Shown: in pieces, positions 59,822-64,000 of the stretch
Layout of the letters: each line of letters begins with the position of its first letter
Numbering within the stretch: position 1 is the first letter of the stretch
Assembly: GCA_963768175.1 (NCBI GenBank)
Contig: CAVYGQ010000001.1
Location: 382,305-446,304 of the forward strand
DNA length: 64,000 nucleotides
Reading direction: 5' to 3'
Source: Candidatus Doudnabacteria bacterium
GTDB taxonomy: Bacteria > Patescibacteriota > Doudnabacteria > UBA920
Position numbers and translations under genes: made by a program
Notes under the pieces: model-generated
Seen by the model: the letters and a program-made list of their open reading frames with translations, nothing else
Told to the model about the DNA's origin: nothing
The model's database searches: none

Positions 59822-61150
59822 TTATAAGTTTCCAATTGCTTCCTGCAAAGTTTTTACTTGAACAATATCTATTTTGCTTTTTTTTGCATCTGTTCTGCTT
59901 TTCGGGCAGATTATTTTTTTAAACCCGAGCTTTTCCGCTTCCGTTATCCGCTTTTCCAGGTTCGGCACAAAACGGACTTCGCCGGAAAGGCCCAGCTCGC
60001 CTATTACAACCGTATTTTCTACAACTATATCTTTTAAGCTGGAAACCACGGCCAAAGCCACGGCCAAATCGGCCGCGGGCTCGTCTATTTTCAGGCCGCC
60101 GACCACGTTAATATAAATATCCTGGTTGGATAAATTCAAATTGGCGCGCTTGCCTAAAATCGCGGTAAGCAGCTGCAAACGGTTTGCGTCAAAACCGGCC
60201 GTGGTCCGTTTGGGATAGCCAAAATTGGTGAGCGATGTTAATGCCTGGATTTCCAAAAGCAACGCGCGGTTGCCTTCCACAATGGAGGTAACCACATTGC
60301 CCGAAGCTTTAATGCTTTCTTCGCCCAAAAACAATTGCGAAGGATTCTTAACTTCAATCAGTCCGGCTCCGGCCATTTCAAACACGCCGACTTCGTTGGT
60401 CGTGCCAAAGCGGTTTTTGACGCAGCGCAATATCCTAAAGCTGGCAAAGCGCTCCCCTTCCAAATACAAAACCGTGTCCACCATATGCTCCAAAGTTTTT
60501 GGCCCGGCTAAATAGCCTTCCTTGGTTACGTGGCCAATTACGATGAATGAGATATGGTTTTGCTTGGCCAGGCGCATTATCTGCTGGACCGCGTTGGTTA
60601 CCTGCGAAACGCCGCCGGCCACGCCGGAGACCTGGTCGCTGTACATGGTCTGGATGGAATCTATAACCACCAGTTCCGGATCCATTGCCGCCACGCTGGC
60701 CAAAATAATTTCCAGCGAAGTTTCCGCCAGCACATTAAGCTGGTGATTCTTATTTATGCGGTGCGCGCGAAGTTTAAGCTGGTTGACCGATTCTTCGCCG
60801 GAAACATACAAAACTTCGGCGCTTAACCCCATAGCCAGCTGCAATGCCAGCGTGGATTTGCCGATGCCCGGATCCCCTCCTAAAAGCACCAAACTGCCGG
60901 GCACAATCCCACCGCCGGTAACCTGGTTAAACTCACTTATACCGGTTTTTATCCTGGGGCGCTGCTCTACGTCCACCAAAGCTAAATCCACCGCCTGTGC
61001 CGGTTTTGGCATTGCTCCGCCTCTGGCAGATGAAACTTGCCTTTGTTCTTCCAAAGTATTCCACTGCCCGCAATTTTGGCATTTCCCCTGCCAACGGGGC
61101 GTTTTGTATTGGCAGTTGCTGCAGACAAAAATTATTTGGGATTTAGGCAT
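59822..61150 (-). CDS. radA: DNA repair protein RadA/Sms
   Basis: N-terminal C4 zinc finger (CSNCQYKTPRWQGKCQNCGQW), RecA-like ATPase (Walker A GDPGIGKST), the KNRFG motif, and a C-terminal Lon-protease-like domain. Confidence 0.92.
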   Translation of the reverse strand: MPKSQIIFVCSNCQYKTPRWQGKCQNCGQWNTLEEQRQVSSARGGAMPKPAQAVDLALVDVEQRPRIKTGISEFNQVTGGGIVPGSLVLLGGDPGIGKSTLALQLAMGLSAEVLYVSGEESVNQLKLRAHRINKNHQLNVLAETSLEIILASVAAMDPELVVIDSIQTMYSDQVSGVAGGVSQVTNAVQQIMRLAKQNHISFIVIGHVTKEGYLAGPKTLEHMVDTVLYLEGERFASFRILRCVKNRFGTTNEVGVFEMAGAGLIEVKNPSQLFLGEESIKASGNVVTSIVEGNRALLLEIQALTSLTNFGYPKRTTAGFDANRLQLLTAILGKRANLNLSNQDIYINVVGGLKIDEPAADLAVALAVVSSLKDIVVENTVVIGELGLSGEVRFVPNLEKRITEAEKLGFKKIICPKSRTDAKKSKIDIVQVKTLQEAIGNL

Positions 61151-61280
61151 AAAACAAAAAAAATCCTAAATTCTAAAAACTAAATACTAAACAAATTCTA
61201 AACACCAAATCACAAAATTTTAAAATTTGGATTTTAATATTTATTTTTTGTTTAGATTTTAGATATTAGAATTTAGAATT
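61151..61280. repeat. intergenic imperfect palindrome built from CTAAA/AATTC short repeats
   Basis: tcctaaattctaaaaactaaatactaaacaaattctaaacaccaaat ... atttggattttaatatttattttttgtttagattttagatattagaatttagaatt. Confidence 0.5.
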
Positions 61281-62441
61281 TTACTGCTGGGTCAAATCCA
61301 GGTAGTACAATCCCCCGTCTTGCGCGTTCCTAAAAAACAGCTTGTCCGAAGTGGCGTTTAAAAACAAATCCCTGCCATCAATGGCACTGCCTGCGGAGGC
61401 ATATTGCTTTTTGTCCAAAGTGGAAATATCCATCCGGTAAAAACTGTCCACAGTCAGGCTGTTTTCACCTATTATGCCCGATGTCGGGACCGCCGCGTAA
61501 ATTACGTTGCTGTCTTTATCCCAAGCCGTTTTATCCACGGTCGTAAACAGACCTAGATTTTTTATCTCTCCGGAAGTCAAATTATACACCCAAAGCTGAT
61601 AATTCTGGGTAACGGGATCCTTTTTGCCAAATAAAAACTTTTGGCCATCCGGGCTCCACAGCACGCCAAAGTTTTGGCCGTTCTTTACCAAACCTTTCCA
61701 CAGTTTGCCATCCGCGGTCACGGAATTAATAAAATTGTTGGCCGAGGCGTTTTGGGTTTCAAAATACAATACCTGAGTACCGTCCGGCGAGACGTAAAGC
61801 TGGTCGTCGGTCTCCCACATAGCGCCCAAGGTTTGATGATTGCTGGTATCCGGATTTCCCAAGCTTAAAGAAGCTTTGTTATCTTGCAGCCAAACATAAA
61901 TGATTTTATCGCCCGTCGGCATCCAGTCCACAGACTCTACCTGCGCCGGCAAATCGGTATAAAGCCCGGTGTTACTGTTAAAATAACTCCAGGTATTTTT
62001 ACCGCTTAAGTCGGTAAGCTGGGCAATAAAATCGTTGCCTTTAGCCGGCCACAAAATTTTAGTGATACCCGGCTTGAGCGGAATGTCCAGCTGTTTTTTG
62101 GAGGTCAAGCTGAGCTGGCCGTTGTTGTTTTGCAAAGTAACCTGGTAAAGGTTGCCCTGATGGTCAAAATAGCTTATGCCCGTTCCATTAAAAAACAAGG
62201 CCGGCGAAACGACCTGATCCGAGGTCAGCTGGACAATATTGGAAGAATTATTTTGTAAAGGCGGGGTGCTGGAAGCGGTATTTTGGGTTACACTCGGGGT
62301 TGTAGAAGCTGTATTGTTAACAACTGTTGTTGACGGAGCCGGTGTTTTACTGCCTGCGTATTTAGAATAAATCAAAAACCCCAAAGTGCCGACAATAAGA
62401 ATGAATATCGCACCTAAAATGGCAATGGCTTTTTTGTTCAT
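61281..62441 (-). CDS. hypothetical membrane-anchored periplasmic protein with TolB/PD40-like beta-propeller repeats
   Basis: N-terminal TM, a Thr/Ser linker, then repeated xSPDG-type blades (YVSPDGTQVLYFE, LWSPDGQKFLFG). Confidence 0.45.
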   Translation of the reverse strand: MNKKAIAILGAIFILIVGTLGFLIYSKYAGSKTPAPSTTVVNNTASTTPSVTQNTASSTPPLQNNSSNIVQLTSDQVVSPALFFNGTGISYFDHQGNLYQVTLQNNNGQLSLTSKKQLDIPLKPGITKILWPAKGNDFIAQLTDLSGKNTWSYFNSNTGLYTDLPAQVESVDWMPTGDKIIYVWLQDNKASLSLGNPDTSNHQTLGAMWETDDQLYVSPDGTQVLYFETQNASANNFINSVTADGKLWKGLVKNGQNFGVLWSPDGQKFLFGKKDPVTQNYQLWVYNLTSGEIKNLGLFTTVDKTAWDKDSNVIYAAVPTSGIIGENSLTVDSFYRMDISTLDKKQYASAGSAIDGRDLFLNATSDKLFFRNAQDGGLYYLDLTQQ

Positions 62442-62522
62442 GGTTTTGTTTCTAACTTTAGCTTTGTTAACAAAATCATTATATCATAATTTAGTCAATA
62501 TACAAAATCCGGCTTATTCTTT

Positions 62523-62622
62523 GGCGTCATTCTGAGGCTGAAGTAGCTAACGAAAGCCGAAGAATCTCATCTTTTAAAATTTTAAGTTCCTTCGGTCGGA
62601 TTCCCTCCCTCAGGATGACGCC
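62523..62622. repeat. family B MITE-like element (GGCGTCATTCTGAGG ... CCTCAGGATGACGCC)
   Basis: Perfect 15-bp TIRs, 100 bp overall. Confidence 0.75.
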
Positions 62623-62630
62623 AAAATTGC

Positions 62631-63992
62631 CTACGACGACGGGCCTTTTGGGGTAACCGGGCCGCCGGAGTTTTGAGGGTTACTTGGGGTAGAAGCGGAC
62701 GGGGTATTAGGTGTAGTATTACTGCCGGAACCGGTTATGTTGGAAACATCAAAATATTTACAGTCGTCGCCAATGAACGCGCCGATTACCGTAAGACGAT
62801 AACTATTACCCACCGATGTTTTTATTGGCGTCGGCCAATTACAGCCCGCGACCATTATTAAAGCTAAAATCAGCACAATCAAAACCGGCGGGATAATATT
62901 GGCCGCAATAGTAGCAATCTTTTGCCATCCCTTTAGCGGAAATAGTTTGGGGTCTTTTCTGTGGCCAAAAATCCAGTAGGCATCCATAACTATTGCTCCC
63001 AGCATAAAATCCAGGCCGGTAAAAAATGTCGCGCAAGCGGAAGCAAAACCGTAATACCAAACTTTGCTGGTTGCTTGGCCACCAACCTTGCCCAATATCT
63101 CCTTTCCGGCTTTACTGCGCGCCAGCGCTCCCAAAGCCGCACCGGCTAAGGCACCCTCCGGGCCCAATTCTGCCCCTGCTTCAGCTCCTTCGGCGGCTCC
63201 GGCGGCGGCTTCTTCGGGCAAAGCATTGGCGGCCGCTTGTTCGGCCGCCGGCGCAAGACCCCCTGGCGCACCGCCTTTAACTCCTTCGGGCGGAAGGCCT
63301 CCTGGTATTCCCTCACCTGCTTCTGGAGCTTGCGGGCCTTGCAAAGGCTCACCCATACCCGGTTGTTTTAGCCCGTTTGCGGAATCAAAAGGCCTACCCG
63401 GCTGGCCTTCAGGTTGGCCTTCCGGCTGTGTAGATTCCGCCTGCGGGCTTGGCGGCAAAGGATTCGGCGGCCCCAACTCTCCTTCAGGCTCGCCCGGTTC
63501 GGGCTGTTTAGAAGGCTGGCCGGATGGCTGTTGCTCCTCGGCCGGTTTGCCTTGTTGTTCAGATGGCGGTTCTTCTGCCTTAGGTCCTAATTTATTTCCC
63601 AAATTAGCGTCATTGCGTTTCATCTTTTCCATGCCGACTGGCATGCCCGCCGGCGGCTTTGGCTCTGGTTCCTTACCCGGAGCCCCTTCCTCTTCTGGAG
63701 CTTTTTGTTCGCCTGGCGCCGCTTCTTCCCCTGGCGGTTGCTCTGCTGGGGGCTTTTCGGCTTCTTCTGTAGGAATATTACCTGTCGGAGAAGCCACAGG
63801 CTTTTGTTCCGCGACAGCCGGTGAAATACCACCAATATTTGGTTGCGGCTGGACTGGGGCTGGTTGTGTTGGGGCAGATTCAGGCTGCCCTTGATTTAAC
63901 TTTGGCTCTGGAGCCCCGGCTTGACTCACACTAGATGCCGGTTGTGCTGTGGAGCCGGTTGAAGATGTGGCAGGAGATGCGGCCGGAGCCAT
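62631..63992 (-). CDS. hypothetical Pro/Glu/Gly-rich low-complexity protein with a C-terminal membrane domain (possibly 5'-partial at the window edge)
   Basis: Long PEPGEPEG / APGG low-complexity N-terminal two-thirds explains the high local GC. The C-terminus has TM helices (FFTGLDFMLGAIVM, IIPPVLIVLILALIMVAG). The ORF reaches within 8 nt of the window end. Confidence 0.4.
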   Translation of the reverse strand: MAPAASPATSSTGSTAQPASSVSQAGAPEPKLNQGQPESAPTQPAPVQPQPNIGGISPAVAEQKPVASPTGNIPTEEAEKPPAEQPPGEEAAPGEQKAPEEEGAPGKEPEPKPPAGMPVGMEKMKRNDANLGNKLGPKAEEPPSEQQGKPAEEQQPSGQPSKQPEPGEPEGELGPPNPLPPSPQAESTQPEGQPEGQPGRPFDSANGLKQPGMGEPLQGPQAPEAGEGIPGGLPPEGVKGGAPGGLAPAAEQAAANALPEEAAAGAAEGAEAGAELGPEGALAGAALGALARSKAGKEILGKVGGQATSKVWYYGFASACATFFTGLDFMLGAIVMDAYWIFGHRKDPKLFPLKGWQKIATIAANIIPPVLIVLILALIMVAGCNWPTPIKTSVGNSYRLTVIGAFIGDDCKYFDVSNITGSGSNTTPNTPSASTPSNPQNSGGPVTPKGPSS

Positions 63993-64000
63993 AGCAGGTG

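Overview
This 64 kb window is from a compact, moderately AT-rich bacterial genome. The backbone is about 45% GC by eye. Nearly all genes from 1 to 40.8 kb are on the minus strand, tightly packed, and housekeeping. Gene content and style (standalone receiver-domain paralogs, DUF559, a four-helix-bundle protein, a GIY-YIG nuclease, ProRS without an editing domain, many hypothetical secreted proteins) resemble small-genome Patescibacteria/CPR-like bacteria, but the sequence alone cannot prove that. Recognisable genes, grouped by function: (1) nucleotide metabolism: pyrG, and a complete dCMP-to-dTTP module comprising dCMP deaminase, dut, tmk, thyA, folA and two paralogous P-loop kinases, with folD elsewhere in the window; (2) ribosome and translation: rplI, prfB, rplA, rplK, secE-nusG, frr, proS, gatCAB, miaA; (3) cell division and envelope: ftsEX, mreBCD-mrdA, rseP, secA, lemA-htpX; (4) DNA metabolism and stress: holB, recX, clpC, comF, recG, radA; (5) regulation and RNA: an ECF sigma/anti-sigma pair, three tRNAs and one truncated tRNA-Ser copy. 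Beyond the housekeeping genes, five features stand out. First, there are several families of short palindromic intergenic repeats; one family carries a GIY-YIG gene and another flanks a four-helix-bundle gene inserted into gatCAB. Second, several GC-rich (about 55-60%) small genes each have their own near-consensus sigma70 promoter, strong SD and intrinsic terminator, which looks like foreign or moron-like cargo. Two of them are preceded by promoter, leaderless ORF and terminator units whose ORFs carry runs of five Ile or five Leu codons, resembling classic leader-peptide attenuators or type-I-toxin-like peptides. Third, an IS1595-family element sits inside a cluster of paralogous HTH proteins. 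Fourth, a GC-rich island lies next to tRNA-Ser, with a truncated tRNA-Ser copy beyond it. Fifth, a CIRCE-like operator lies upstream of clpC. No CRISPR array, rRNA gene or obvious defence system was found.
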